Shown here: positions 12,701 through 28,563 of the stretch, one piece after another
Position numbering within the stretch: the stretch's first letter is position 1
How the letters are laid out: each line of letters starts with the position of its first letter
Assembly: GCF_009914755.1 (NCBI RefSeq)
Contig: NC_060948.1
Source: the human T2T-CHM13v2.0 reference genome, Homo sapiens
Strand: one strand, 5' to 3'
DNA: 64,000 nucleotides
Notes under the pieces: generated by a model
Told to the model about the DNA's origin: nothing
Databases searched by the model: none
What the model saw: only the letters and a program-made list of their open reading frames with translations
Translations under genes and position numbers: made by a program

Positions 12701-15700
12701 GTAATCCAATGGAATAGAATCTAATGCAATAAAATCGACTCAGATAGAGTAGAATGTAATGGAATGGAGTGCAGTGCAATGGAATGGAATGGAATGGAAT
12801 GCAATGGAATGGAATGGAATGGAATGGAATGGAATGGAATGGGATGGAATGGGATGGAATGGTATGGAATGGATAGTAATGGACTGGAGTGAAATGGACT
12901 GGAAAGGAATGGACTTAAATTGAAAGGGCTCGTAAGGAATGGAGACAAATGGAATGGTCTGGAATGGAATGAACACGAATGTAATGCAATCCAATAGAAT
13001 GGAGTCGAATGGCATGGATTATAAAGAAATGGAATCGAAGAGAATGGAAACAAATGGAATGGAATTGAATGGAATGGAATTGAATGGAATGGGAACGAAT
13101 GGAGTGAAATTGTATGCAGTAGAAGAGAATAGAATGGAATGCAAGCGAAAGGAAAGGAATGGATTGGAATGGAATGGAATTCATTGGAATGGAAGGGAAT
13201 GTAGTGTAATGGACAGGCCTGGAATAAAGTGGAATGCTACGGTCTCGAATGGAATAAAAATGTATGGAATGGAATGCAATGAAACGGAATCGAATGTCAT
13301 AGAATGTAATGGAATGCAAAAAAATGGAATCCAAAATCATTGACTGGAAAGGCTGGGTGTCGAAAGGAATTGACTCCAATGGAATGGAATCGAATGGAAT
13401 GGAAGTGAATAGAATCGAACTAAATCGAATGGAATGGAATTGATAGGAACGGAATGGAAAGGAATGCAATGATTTGGCATGGAATGGAATCGAATGGCAT
13501 CGAATGGAATCGAATGGAATGCAATGGAATGGAATGTATTAGAATGTAATGAACTTTAATGGAATGTACTCGAATGGATTCGACTGGAATGGAATGTTCT
13601 GGAAGTGAATGGACTCCAATGGAATGGATTCAAAAGGAATGGAATCGTACGGAATGGAATCTAGTGGAATGGAATTAAATGGAAATGAATCAAATTGAAT
13701 AGCACGGAATTGAATTGAATGGAATGGAATGCAATGGAATCTAATGAAACGGAAAGGAAAGGAATGGAATGGAATGGAATGGTCTGGAATGGAAAGGAAT
13801 CGAAACGAATGGAATGGAATCGAACTGAAGAGACTGGAATGGAATGCACTGGAATGGAAGGGAGTGTAATGGAAGGTTCTCGAAAAAAATGGAATCGAAT
13901 GGAATGGAATTGAATGGAACGGAATAGAGTCGAATGGAATTGAATGGAATGGAATGGACTAGAGTGAAATGGAATCGAACCACAAGGAATGGACAGGAAT
14001 AGAATGGTCTCGAATTGAATGGAATCGTATGGAATGGCATCAAACGGAATGGAATGGACAGCCACGGAATGGAATGCACTCGAATGCAATGGAGTCGAAA
14101 CTAATGGACTGGAATAGAATGGACTCGACTGGTACGGACTCCAATGGAATGGAATCGAATGGAAGGGAATCGTACGGAATGGACTCGAAGGGAAAAGACT
14201 GCAATGGAAAGGTCTCGAATGGAATGGAAATTAATGGAATGGAATGGAATCGAATGAAATGGAGGCAAAAGGAATGGAATCGAATGGCAAGAAATCGAAT
14301 GTAATGGAATCGCAAGGAATTGATGTGAACGGAACGGAATGGAATGGAATCCAAAGGAATGGAATAGAATGGAATGGAATCGAATGGAAAGGACTCGAAT
14401 GGAAATCACTCGAATAAAATGCAATTTAATAAAATAGGATAAAATGTAATGGAATGGAATGGAAAGGAATCGAAACGAAAGGAATGGAGACAGATGGAAT
14501 GGAATGGAACAGAGAGCAATGGTATAGAATGGAATGGAATCATCTGGAATGCAATTGAATGGAATGGAATAATATGAAATGGAATGGAATGGAATGGAAT
14601 GGAATGGAATGCCCTTGAATTAAATGGACTGGACTAGAACAGAGTGGAATGGAAAGTGTTGAGATAGAATGGAATGGACTCCTTCGGAATGGTCTAGTAT
14701 GCAATGCAATCGACTGGCAGGGAATCAAAAGGAATGTAATCGAATGGATTGGACTGGAATGCAATGGACTCGAATAGATTGGAAACGGAATGCAAAGGAA
14801 TGGAATGGAATAGTATGGAATGGAATGGAAAGGAATGGAGTGGAATAGACTAGAGTGGAATGGAATGGACTGGAAAGCAATGGACTGGAATGGAACTTTC
14901 TTGAATGGACTGGAATCAAACGGAATGGAATGCAATGCAATCAAATGGCATGGAATAAAGTAGAATGAAAGAGAATCAAATGGAATTGAATCGAATGGAA
15001 TCGAATGGATTGGAAAGGAATAGAATGGAATGGAATGGAATTGACTCAAATGGAATGGACTAGAATGGAATGGATTCGAATGGAAGGCAAAGGAATGGAA
15101 TCTATTGGAATGGACTGTAATAGAATGGAATGGAAGGGATTGGAATGGACTCGAATGGAATGGACTGCAATAGAAAGGATTCGAATGGAATGAAAAAGAA
15201 TTGAATGGAATAGAACAGAATGGAATCAAATCGAATGAAATGGAATGGAATAGAAAGGAATGGAATGAAATGGAATGGAAAGGATTCGAATGGAATGCAA
15301 TCGAATGGAATGGAATCGAACGGAATGGAATAAAATGGAAGCAAACTGGCAAGAAATGGAATCGAAATGAATGGAGTGTTATGGAACGGACTCAAAAGGA
15401 ATTGAATGTAATAGAATGGAGTGGAGTGGACTCGAATATAATGGACTGGAATGGAATGAAATCACATGGAATGGGAACGAATGGAATGGAATGGAAAGGA
15501 ATGGAATCGAATGGAAAGGAATCGAACGGAAGGGAATGAAATTGAATCAACAGGAATGGAAGGGAATAGAATAGACGGTAATGGAATGGACTCGAATAGA
15601 ATGGACACGAATGCTCAAATTGAATGGACTCGAATGGAATGGAAACGAAAGGAATGTCATCGAATGGAATTGAATCGATTGGAATGAAATCGCATAGAAT

Positions 15701-18700
15701 GGAGTGGAATCAAATGGAATTGAATCGAAAGGAAAGGAAGCGAATGGACTGAAATGAAATGGAATGGAATTGAATGGAAATTAATGCAATGGAATAGAAT
15801 GGAACGAAATTTCACGGAATGGAATCAAACTGAATGGAATCAAATCAATGGAATCAAATCAAATGGAATGGAAAGGAATTGAATGGAGTAGATTGGATTG
15901 GATGGGATTGGAATGAAATGTACTGGAAAGGACTCGAATTTCATGAAACGGAATGGAATGAATTGGAACGGAATGGACTCGAATGGAATGGAATGTCATG
16001 GAATGGCATCAAATGGAATGGCATCAAATGGAATGGAATCGAATGCAATGGAATGCTATGGAATGGAATGGAATGCATTGGAATGGAATGTCCTCTAATG
16101 GAATGGATTCGAGTGGAATGGAATCGAATAAAATGGAGTCGAATGAAATGGAATTGGAAGGAATGGGATCGAATACTATGGAATATAATGGAATGTAATG
16201 TAATGAACTCGAATATAATTGACTGGAATGGAATGTACATGAATGGAATGTAATCGAATGGAAAGTAATCCAATGGAATAGAATCTAATGCAATAAAATC
16301 GACTCAGATAGTGTAGAATGTAATGGAATGGAGTGCAGTGCAATGGAATGGAATGGAATGGAATGCAATGGAATGGAATGGAATGGAATGGAATGGAATG
16401 GGATGGAATGGGATGGAATGGTATGGAATGGATAGTAATGGACTGGAGTGAAATGGACTGGAAAGGAATGGACTCAAATTGAAAGGGCTCGAAAGGAATG
16501 GAGACAAATGGAATGGTCTGGAATGGAATGAACACGAATGTAATGCAATCCAATAGAATGGAGTCGAATGGCATGGATTATAAAGAAATGGAATCGAAGA
16601 GAATGGAAACAAATGGAATTTAATTGAATGGAATGGAATTGAATGGAATGGGAACGAATGGAGTGAAATTGTATGCAGTAGAAGAGAATAGAATGGAATG
16701 CAAGCGAAAGGAAAGGAATGGATTGGAATGGAATGGAATTCATTGGAATGGAAGGGAATGTAGTGTAATGGACAGGCCTGGAATAAAGTGGAATGCTACG
16801 GTCTCGAATGGAATAAAAATGTATGGAATGGAATGCAATGAAACGGAATCGAATGTCATAGAATGTAATGGAATGCAAAAAAATGGAATCCAAAATCATT
16901 GACTGGAAAGGCTGGGTGTCGAAAGGAATTGACTCCAATGGAATGGAATCGAATGGAATGGAAGTGAATAGAATCGAACTAAATCGAATGGAATGGAATT
17001 GATAGGAACGGAATGGAAAGGAATGCAATGATTTGGCATGGAATGGAATCGAATGGAATGCAATGGAATGGAATGTATTAGAATGTAATGAACTTTAATG
17101 GAATGTACTCGAATGGATTCGACTGGAATGGAATGTTCTGGAAGTGAATGGACTCCAATGGAATGGATTCAAAAGGAATGGAATCGTACGGAATGGAATC
17201 TAATGGAATGGAATTAAATGGAAATGAATCAAATTGAATAGCACGGAATTGAATTGAATGGAATGGAATGCAATGGAATCTAATGAAACGGAAAGGAAAG
17301 GAATGGAATGGAATGGAATGGTCTGGAATGGAAAGGAATCGAAACGAATCGAATGGAATCGAACTGAAGAGACTTTAATGGAATGCACTGGAATGGAAGG
17401 GAGTGTAATGGAAGGTTCTCGAAAAAAATGGAATCGAATGGAATGGAATTGAATGGAACGGAATAGAGTCGAATGGAATTGAATGGAATGGAATGGACTA
17501 GAGTGAAATGGAATCGAACCACAAGGAATGGACAGTAATAGAATGGTCTCGAATTGAATGGAATCGTATGGAATGGCATCAAACGGAATGGAATGGACAG
17601 CCACGGAATGGAATGCACTCGAATGCAATGGAGTCGAAACTAATGGACTGGAATAGAATGGACTCGACTGGTACGGACTCCAATGGAATGGAATCGAATG
17701 GAAGGGAATCGAACGGAATGGACTCGAAGGGAAAAGACTGCAATGGAAAGGTCTCGAATGGAATGGAAATTAATGGAATGGAATGGAATCGAATGAAATG
17801 GAGTCAAAAGGAATGGAATCGAATGGCAAGAAATCGAATGTAATGGAATCGCAAGGAATTGATGTGAACGGAACGGAATGGAATGGAATCCAAAGGAATG
17901 GAATAGAATGGAATGGAATCGAATGGAAAGGACTCGAATGGAAATCACTCGAATAGAATGCAATTTAATAAAATAGGATCAAATGTAATGGAATGGAATG
18001 GAAAGGAATCGAAACGAAAGGAATGGAGACAGATGGAATGGAATGGAACAGAGAGCAATGGTATAGAATGGAATGGAATCATCTGGAATGGAATTGAATG
18101 GAATGGAATAATATGAAATGGAATGGAATGGAATGGAATGGAATGGAATGCCCTTGAATTAAATGGACTGGACTCGAACAGAGTGGAATGGAAAGTGTTG
18201 AGATAGAATGGAATGGACTCCTTCGGAATGGTCTAGTATGCAATGCAATCGACTGGCAGGGAATCAAAAGGAATGTAATGGAATGGATTGGACTGGAATG
18301 CAATGGACTCGAATAGATTGGAAACGGAATGCAAAGGAATGGAATGGAATAGTATGGAATGGAATGGAAAGGAATGGAGTGGAATAGACTAGAGTGGAAT
18401 GGAATGGACTGGAAAGCAATGGACTGGAATGGAACTTTCTTGAATGGACTGGAATCAAACGGAATGGAATGCAATGCAATCAAATGGCATGGAATAAAAT
18501 AGAATGAAAGAGAATCAAATGGAATTGAATCGAATGGAATCGAATGGATTGGAAAGGAATAGAATGGAATGGAATGGAATTGACTCAAATGGAATGGACT
18601 AGAATGGAATGGATTCGAATGGAAGGCAAAGGAATGGAATCTATTGGAATGGACTGTAATGGAATGGAATGGAAGGGATTGGAATGGACTCGAATGGAAT

Positions 18701-21700
18701 GGACTGCAATAGAAAGGATTCGAATGGAATGAAAAAGAATTGAATGGAATAGAACAGAATGGAATCAAATCGAATGAAATGGAATGGAATAGAAAGGAAT
18801 GGAATGAAATGGAATGGAAAGGATTCGAATGGAATGCAATCGAATGGAATGGAATCGAACGGAATGGAATAAAATGGAAGAAAACTGGCAAGAAATGGAA
18901 TCGAAATGAATGGAGTGTTATGGAACGGACTCAAAAGGAATTGAATGTAATAGAATGGAGTGGAGTGGACTCGAATATAATGGACTGGAATGGAATGAAA
19001 TCACATGGAATGGGAACGAATGGAATGGAATGGAAAGGAATGGAATCGAATGGAAAGGAATCGAATGGAAGGGAATGAAATTGAATCAACAGGAATGGAA
19101 GGGAATAGAATAGACGGTAATGGAATGGACTCGAATAGAATGGACACGAATGCTCAAATTGAATGGACTCGAATGGAATGGAAACGAAAGGAATGTCATC
19201 GAATGGAATTGAATCGATTGGAATGAAATCGCATAGAATGGAGTGGAATCAAATGGAATTGAATCGAAAGGAAAGGAAGCGAATGGACTGAAATGAAATG
19301 GAATGGAATTGAATGGAAATTAATGCAATGGAATAGAATGGAACGAAATTTCACGGAATGGAATCAAACTGAATGGAATCAAATCAATGGAATCAAATCA
19401 AATGGAATGGAAAGGAATTGAATGGAGTAGATTGGATTGGATGGGATTGGAATGAAATGTACTGGAAAGGACTCGAATTTCATGAAACGGAATGGAATGA
19501 ATTGGAACGGAATGGACTCGAATGGAATGGAATGTCATGGAATGGCATCAAATGGAATGGCATCAAATGGAATGGAATCGAATGCAATGGAATGCTATGG
19601 AATGGAATGGAATGCATTGGAATGGAATGTCCTCTAATGGAATGGATTCGAGTGGAATGGAATCGAATAAAATGGAGTCGAATGAAATGGAATTGGAAGG
19701 AATGGGATCGAATACTATGGAATATAATGGAATGTAATGTAATGAACTCGAATATAATTGACTGGAATGGAATGTACATGAATGGAATGTAATCGAATGG
19801 AAAGTAATCCAATGGAATAGAATCTAATGCAATAAAATCGACTCAGATAGAGTAGAATGTAATGGAATGGAGTGCAGTGCAATGGAATGGAATGGAATGG
19901 AATGGAATGGAATGGAATGGAATGGAATGGGATGGAATGGGATGGAATGGTATGGAATGGATAGTAATGGACTGGAGTGAAATGGACTGGAAAGGAATGG
20001 ACTCAAATTGAAAGGGCTCGAAAGGAATGGAGACAAATGGAATGGTCTGGAATGGAATGAACACGAATGTAATGCAATCCAATAGAATGGAGTCGAATGG
20101 CATGGATTATAAAGAAATGGAATCGAAGAGAATGGAAACAAATGGAATTTAATTGAATGGAATGGAATTGAATGGAATGGGAACGAATGGAGTGAAATTG
20201 TATGCAGTAGAAGAGAATAGAATGGAATGCAAGCGAAAGGAAAGGAATGGATTGGAATGGAATGGAATTCATTGGAATGGAAGGGAATGTAGTGTAATGG
20301 ACAGGCCTGGAATAAAGTGGAATGCTACGGTCTCGAATGGAATAAAAATGTATGGAATGGAATGCAATGAAACGGAATCGAATGTCATAGAATGTAATGG
20401 AATGCAAAAAAATGGACTCCAAAATCATTGACTGGAAAGGCTGGGTGTCGAAAGGAATTGACTCCAATGGAATGGAATCGAATGGAATGGAAGTGAATAG
20501 AATCGAACTAAATCGAATGGAATGGAATTGATAGGAACGGAATGGAAAGGAATGCAATGATTTGGCATGGAATGGAATCGAATGGCATCGAATGGAATGG
20601 AATGGAATGCAATGGAATGGAATGTATTAGAATGTAATGAACTTTAATGGAATGTACTCGAATGGATTCGACTGGAATGGAATGTTCTGGAAGTGAATGG
20701 ACTCCAATGGAATGGATTCAAAAGGAATGGAATCGTACGGAATGGAATCTAATGGAATGGAATTAAATGGAAATGAATCAAATTGAATAGCACGGAATTG
20801 AATTGAATGGAATGGAATGCAATGGAATCTAATGAAACGGAAAGGAAAGGAATGGAATGGAATGGAATGGGCTGGAATGGAAAGGAATCGAAACGAATGG
20901 AATGGAATCGAACTGAAGAGACTGGAATGGAATGCACTGGAATGGAAGGGAGTGTAATGGAAGGTTCTCGAAAAAAATGGAATCGAATGGAATGGAATTG
21001 AATGGAACGGAATAGAGTCGAATGGAATTGAATGGAATGGAATGGACTAGAGTGAAATGGAATCGAACCACAAGGAATGGACAGGAATAGAATGGTCTCG
21101 AATTGAATGGAATCGTATGGAATGGCATCAAACGGAATGGAATGGACAGCCACGGAATGGAATGCACTCGAATGCAATGGAGTCGAAACTAATGGACTGG
21201 AATAGAATGGACTCGACTGGTACGGACTCCAATGGAATGGAATCGAATGGAAGGGAATCGAACGGAATGGACTCGAAGGGAAAAGACTGCAATGGAAAGG
21301 TCTCGAATGGAATGGAAATTAATGGAATGGAATGGAATCGAATGAAATGGAGTCAAAAGGAATGGAATCGAATGGCAAGAAATCGAATGTAATGGAATCG
21401 CAAGGAATTGATGTGAACGGAACGGAATGGAATGGAATCCAAAGGAATGGAATAGAATGGAATGGAATCGAATGGAAAGGACTCGAATGGAAATCACTCG
21501 AATAGAAAGCAATTTAATAAAATAGGATCAAATGTAATGGAATGGAATGGAAAGGAATCGAAACGAAAGGAATGGAGACAGATGGAATGGAATGGAACAG
21601 AGAGCAATGGTATAGAATGGAATGGAATCATCTGGAATGGAATTGAATGGAATGGAATAATATGAAATGGAATGGAATGGAATGGAATGGAATGGAATGC

Positions 21701-24700
21701 CCTTGAATTAAATGGACTGGACTCGAACAGAGTGGAATGGAAAGTGTTGAGATAGAATGGAATGGACTCCTTCGGAATGGTCTAGTATGCAATGCAATCG
21801 ACTGGCAGGGAATCAAAAGGAATGTAATGGAATGGATTGGACTGGAATGCAATGGACTCGAATAGATTGGAAACGGAATGCAAAGGAATGGAATGGAATA
21901 GTATGGAATGGAATGGAAAGGAATGGAGTGGAATAGACTAGAGTGGAATGGAATGGACTGGAAAGCAATGGACTGGAATGGAACTTTCTTGAATGGACTG
22001 GAATCAAACGGAATGGAATGCAATGCAATCAAATGGCATGGAATAAAATAGAATGAAAGAGAATCAAATGGAATTGAATCGAATGGAATCGAATGGATTG
22101 GAAAGGAATAGAATGGAATGGAATGGAATTGACTCAAATGGAATGGACTAGAATGGAATGGATTCGAATGGAAGGCAAAGGAATGGAATCTATTGGAATG
22201 GACTGTAATGGAATGGAATGGAAGGGATTGGAATGGACTCGAATGGAATGGACTGCAATAGAAAGGTTTCGAATGGAATGAAAAAGAATTGAATGGAATA
22301 GAACAGAATGGAATCAAATCGAATGAAATGGAATGGAATAGAAAGGAATGGAATGAAATGGAATGGAAAGGATTCGAATGGAATGCAATCGAATGGAATG
22401 GAATCGAACGGAATGGAATAAAATGGAAGAAAACTGGCAAGAAATGGAATCGAAATGAATGGAGTGTTATGGAACGGACTCAAAAGGAATTGAATGTAAT
22501 AGAATGGAGTGGAGTGGACTCGAATATAATGGACTGGAATGGAATGAAATCACATGGAATGGGAACGAATGGAATGGAATGGAAAGGAATGGAATCGAAT
22601 GGAAAGGAATCGAATGGAAGGGAATGAAATTGAATCAACAGGAATGGAAGGGAATAGAATAGACGGTAATGGAATGGACTCGAATAGAATGGACACGAAT
22701 GCTCAAATTGAATGGACTCCAATGGAATGGAAACGAAAGGAATGTCATCGAATGGAATTGAATCGATTGGAATGAAATCGCAAGAATGGAGTGGAATCAA
22801 ATGAAATTGAATCGAAAGGAAAGGAAGCGAATGGACTGAAATGAAATGGAATGGAATTGAATGGAAAGTAATGCAATGGAATAGAATGGAACGAAATTTC
22901 ACGGAATGGAATCAAACTGAAAGGAATCAAATCAATGGAATCTAATCAAATGGAATGGAAAGGAATTGAATGGAGTAGATTGGATTGGATGGGATTGGAG
23001 TGAAATGTCCTGGAAAGGACTCGAATTTCATGAAACGGAATGGAATGAATTGGAACGGAATGGACTCGAATGGAATGGAATGTCATGGAATGGCATCAAA
23101 TGGAATGGCATCAAATGGAATGGAATCGAATGCAATGGAATGCTATGGAATGGAATGGAATGCATTGGAATGGAATGTCCTCTAATGGAATGGATTCGAG
23201 TGGAATGGAATCGAATATAATGGAGTCGAATGAAATGGAATTGAAAGGAATGGGATCGAATACAATGGAATATACTGGAATGTAATGTAATGAACTCGAA
23301 TGTAATTGACTGGAATGGAATGTACATGAATGGAATGTAATCGAATGGAAAGTAATCCAATGGAATAGAATCTAATGCAATAAAATCGACTCAAATAGAG
23401 TAGAATGTAATGGAATGGAGTGCAGTGCAATGGAATGGAATGGAATGGAATGCAATGGAATGGAATGGAATGGAAAGGAATGGGATGGAATGGTATGGAA
23501 TGGATAGTAATGGACTGGAGTGAAATGGACTGGAAAGGAATGGACTCAAATTGAAAGGGCTCGAAAGGAATGGAGTCAAATGGAATGGTCTGGAATGGAA
23601 TGAACACGAATGTAATGCAATCCAATAGAATGGAATCGAATGGCATGGAATATAAAGAAATGGAATCGAAGAGAATGGAAACAAATGGAATGGAATTGAA
23701 TGGAATGGAATTGAATGGAATGGGAACGAATGGAGTGAAATTGTATGCAGTAGAAGAGAATAGAATGGAATGCAAGCGAAAGGAAAGGAATGGATTGGAA
23801 TGGAATGGAATTCATTGGAATGGAAGGGAATGTAGTGTAATGGACAGGCCTGGAATAAAGTGGAATGCTACGGTCTCGAATGGAATAAAAATGTATGCAA
23901 TGCAATGCAATGAAACGGAATCGAATGTCATACAATGTAATGGAATGCAAAAAAATGGAATCCAAAATCATTGACTGGAAAGGCTGGGTGTCGAAAGGAA
24001 TTGACTCCAATGGAATGGAATCGAATGGAATGGAAGTGAATAGAATCGAACTAAATCGAATGTAATGGAATTGATAGGAACGGAATGGAAAGGAATGCAA
24101 TGATTTTGCATGGAATGGAATCGAATGGCATCGAATGGAATGGAATGGAATGCAATGGAATGGAATGTATTAGAATGTAATGAACTTTAATGGAATGTAC
24201 TCGAATGGATTCGACTGGAATGGAATGTTCTGGAAGTGAATGGACTCCAATGGAATGGATTCAAAAGGAATGGAATCGTACGGAATGGAATCTAATGGAA
24301 TGGAATTAAATGGAAATGAATCAAATGGAATAGCACGGAATTGAATTGAATGGAATGGAATGCAATGGAATCTAATGAAACGGAAAGGAAAGGAATGGAA
24401 TGGAATGGAATGGGCTGGAATGGAAAGGAATCGAAACAAATGGAATGGAATCGAACTGAAGAGACTGGAATGGAATGCACTGGAATGGAAGGGAGTGTAA
24501 TGGAAGGTTCTCGAAAAAAATGGAATCGAATGGAATGGAATTGAGTGGAACGGAATAGAGTCGAATGGAATTGAATGGAATGGAATGGACTAGAGTGAAA
24601 TGGAATCGAACCACAAGGAATGGACAGGAATAGAATGGTCTCGAATTGAATGGAATCGTATGGAATGGCATCAAACGGAATGGAATGGACAGCCACGGAA

Positions 24701-27700
24701 TGGAATGCACTCGAATGCAATGGAGTCGAAACTAATGGACTGGAATAGAATGGACTCGACTGGTACGGACTCCAATGGAATGGAATCGAATGGAAGGGAA
24801 TCGAACGGAATGGACTCGAAGTGAAAAGACTGCAATGGAAAGGTCTCGAATGGAATGGAAATTAATGGAATGGAATGGAATCGAATGAAATGGAGTCAAA
24901 AGGAATGGAATCGAATGGCAAGAAATCGAATGTAATGGAATCGCAAGGAATTGATGTGAACGGAACGGAATGGAATGGAATCCAAAGGAATGGAATAGAA
25001 TGGAATGGAATCGAATGGAAAGGACTCGAATGGAAATCACTCGAATAGAATGCAATTTAATAAAATAGGATCAAATGTAATGGAATGGAATGGAAAGGAA
25101 TCGAAACGAAAGGAATGGAGACAGATGGAATGGAATGGAACAGAGAGCAATGGTATAGAATGGAATGGAATCATCTGGAATGGAATTGAATGGAATGGAA
25201 TAATATGAAATGGAATGGAATGGAATGGAATGGAATGCCCTTGAATTAAATGGACTGGACTCGAACAGAGTGGAATGGAAAGTGTTGAGATAGAATGGCA
25301 TGGACTCCTTCGGAATGGTGTAGTATGCAATGCAATCGACTGGCAGGGAATCAAAAGGAATGTAATGGAATGGATTGGACTGGAATGCAATGGACTCGAA
25401 TACATTGGAAACGGAATGCAAAGGAATGGAATGGAATAGTATGGAATGGAATGGAAAGGAATGGAGTGGAATAGACTAGAGTGGAATGGAATGGACTGGA
25501 AAGCAATGGACTGGAATGGAACTTTCTTGAATGGACTGGAATCAAACGGAATGGAATGCAATGCAATCAAATGGCATGGAATAAAATAGAATGAAAGAGA
25601 ATCAAATGGAATTGAATCGAATGGAATCGAATGGATTGGAAAGGAATAGAATGGAATGGAATGGAATTGACTCAAATGGAATGGACTAGAATGGAATGGA
25701 TTCGAATGGAAGGCAAAGGAATGGAATCTATTGGAATGGACTGTAATGGAATGGAATGGAAGGGATTGGAATGGACTCGAATGGAATGGACTGCAATAGA
25801 AAGGATTCGAATGGAATGAAAAAGAATTGAATGGAATAGAACAGAATGGAATCAAATCGAATGAAATGGAATGGAATAGAAAGGAATGGAATGAAATGGA
25901 ATGGAAAGGATTCGAATGGAATGCAATCGAATGGAATGGAATCGAACGGAATGGAATAAAATGGAAGAAAACTGGCAAGAAATGGAATCGAAATGAATGG
26001 AGTGTTATGGAACGGACTCAAAAGGAATTGAATGTAATAGAATGGAGTGGAGTGGACTCGAATATAATGGACTGGAATGGAATGAAATCACTTGGAATGG
26101 GAACGAATGGAATGGAATGGAAAGGAATGGAATCGAATGGAAAGGAATCGAATGGAAGGGAATGAAATTGAATCAACAGGAATGGAAGGGAATAGAATAG
26201 ACGGTAATGGAATGGACTCGAATAGAATGGACACGAATGCTCAAATTGAATGGACTCGAATGGAATGGAAACGAAAGGAATGTCATCGAATGGAATTGAA
26301 TCGATTGGAATGAAATCGCATAGAATGGAGTGGAATCAAATGGAATTGAATCGAAAGGAAAGGAAGCGAATGGACTGAAATGAAATGGAATGGAATTGAA
26401 TGGAAAGTAATGCAATGGAATAGAATGGAACGAAATTTCACGGAATGGAATCAAACTGAATGGAATCAAATCAATGGAATCAAATCAAATGGAATGGAAA
26501 GGAATTGAATGGAGTAGATTGGATTGGATGGGATTGGAATGAAATGTACTGGAAAGGACTCGAATTTCATGAAACGGAATGGAATGAATTGGAACGGAAT
26601 GGACTCGAATGGAATGGAATGTCATGGAATGGCATCAAATGGAATGGCATCAAATGGAATGGAATCGAATGCAATGGAATGCTATGGAATGGAATGGAAT
26701 GCATTGGAATGGAATGTCCTCTAATGGAATGGATTCGAGTGGAATGGAATCGAATATAATGGAGTCGAATGAAATGGAATTGAAAGGAATGGGATCGAAT
26801 ACAATGGAATATACTGGAATGTAATGTAATGAACTCGAATGTAATTGACTGGAATGGAATGTACATGAATGGAATGTAATCGAATGGAAAGTAATCCAAT
26901 GGAATAGAATCTAATGCAATAAAATCGACTCAGATAGAGTAGAATGTAATGGAATGGAGTGCAGTGCAATGGAATGGAATGGAATGGAATGGAATGGAAT
27001 GGAATGGAATGGAATGGGATGGAATGGAATGGAATGGAATGGGATGGAATGGTTTGGAATGGATAGTAATGGACTGGAGTGAAATTTACCGGAAAGGAAT
27101 GGACTCAAATTGAAAGGGCTCGAAAGGAATGGAGTCAAATGGAATGGTCTGGAATGGAATGAACACGAATGTAATGCAATCCAATAGAATGGAAACGAAT
27201 GGCATGGAATATAAAGAAATGGAATCGAAGAGAATGGAAACAAATGGAATGGAATTGAATGGAATGGAATTGAATGGAATGGGAACGAATGGAGTGAAAT
27301 TGTATGCAGTAGAAGGGAATAGAATGGAATGCAAGCGAAAGGAAAGGAATGGATTGGAATGGAATGGAATTCATTGGAATGGAAGGGAATGTAGTGTAAT
27401 GGACAGGCCTGGAATAAAGTGGAATGCTACGGTCTCGAATGGAATAAAAATATATGGAATGGAATGCACTGAAACGGAATCGAATGTCATAGAATGTAAT
27501 GGAATGCAAAAAAATGGAATCCAAAATCATTGACTGGAAAGGCTGGGTGTCGAAAGGAATTGACTCCAATGGAATGGAATCGAATGGAATGGAAGTGAAT
27601 AGAATCGAACTAAATCGAATGGAATGGAATTGATAGGAACGGAATGGAAAGGAATGCAATGATTTGGCATGGAATGGAATCGAATGGCATCGAATGGAAT

Positions 27701-28563
27701 GGAATGGAATGCAATGGAATGGAATGTATTAGAATGTAATGAACTTTAATGGAATGTACTCGAATGGATTCGACTGGAATGGAATGTTCTGGAAGTGAAT
27801 GGACTCCAATGGAATGGATTCAAAAGGAATGGAATCGTACGGAATGGAAACTAATGAAATGGAATTAAATGGAAATGAATCAAATTGAATAGCACGGAAT
27901 TGAATTCAATGGAATCGAATGCAATGGAATCTAATGAAACGGAACGGAAAGGAATGGAATGGAATGGAATGGGCTGGAATGGAAAGGAATCGAAACGAAT
28001 GGAATGGAATCGAACTGAAGAGACTGGAATGGAATGCACTGGAATGGAAGGGAGTGTAATGGAAGGTTCTCGAAAAAAATGGAATCGAATGGAATGCAAT
28101 TGAATGGAACGGAATAGAGTCGAATGGAATTGAATGGAATGGAATGGACTAGAGTGAAATGGAATCGAACCACAAGGAATGGACAGGAATAGAATGGTCT
28201 CGAATTGAATGGAATCGTATGGAATGGCATCAAACGGAATGGAATGGACAGCCACGGAATGTAATGCACTCGAATGCAATGGAGTCGAAACTAATGGACT
28301 GGAATAGAATGGACTCGACTGGTACGGACTCCAATGGAATGGAATCGAATGGAAGGGAATCGATCGGAATGGACTCGAATGGAAAAGACTGCAATGGAAA
28401 GGTCTCGAATGGAATGGAAATTAATGGAATGGAATGGAATCGAATGAAATGTAGTCAAAAGGAATGCAATCGAATGGGAAGAAATCGAATGTAATGCAAT
28501 CGCAAGGAATTGATGTGAACGGAACGGAATGGAATGGAATCCAAAGGAATGGAATAGAATGGA
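3732..28563 (+). repeat. DYZ1: DYZ1 units 2-8 (3524, 3549, 3569, 3539, 3549, 3543, 3559 bp)
   Basis: Marker spacing; identical order of landmark motifs in each unit. Confidence 0.95.
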
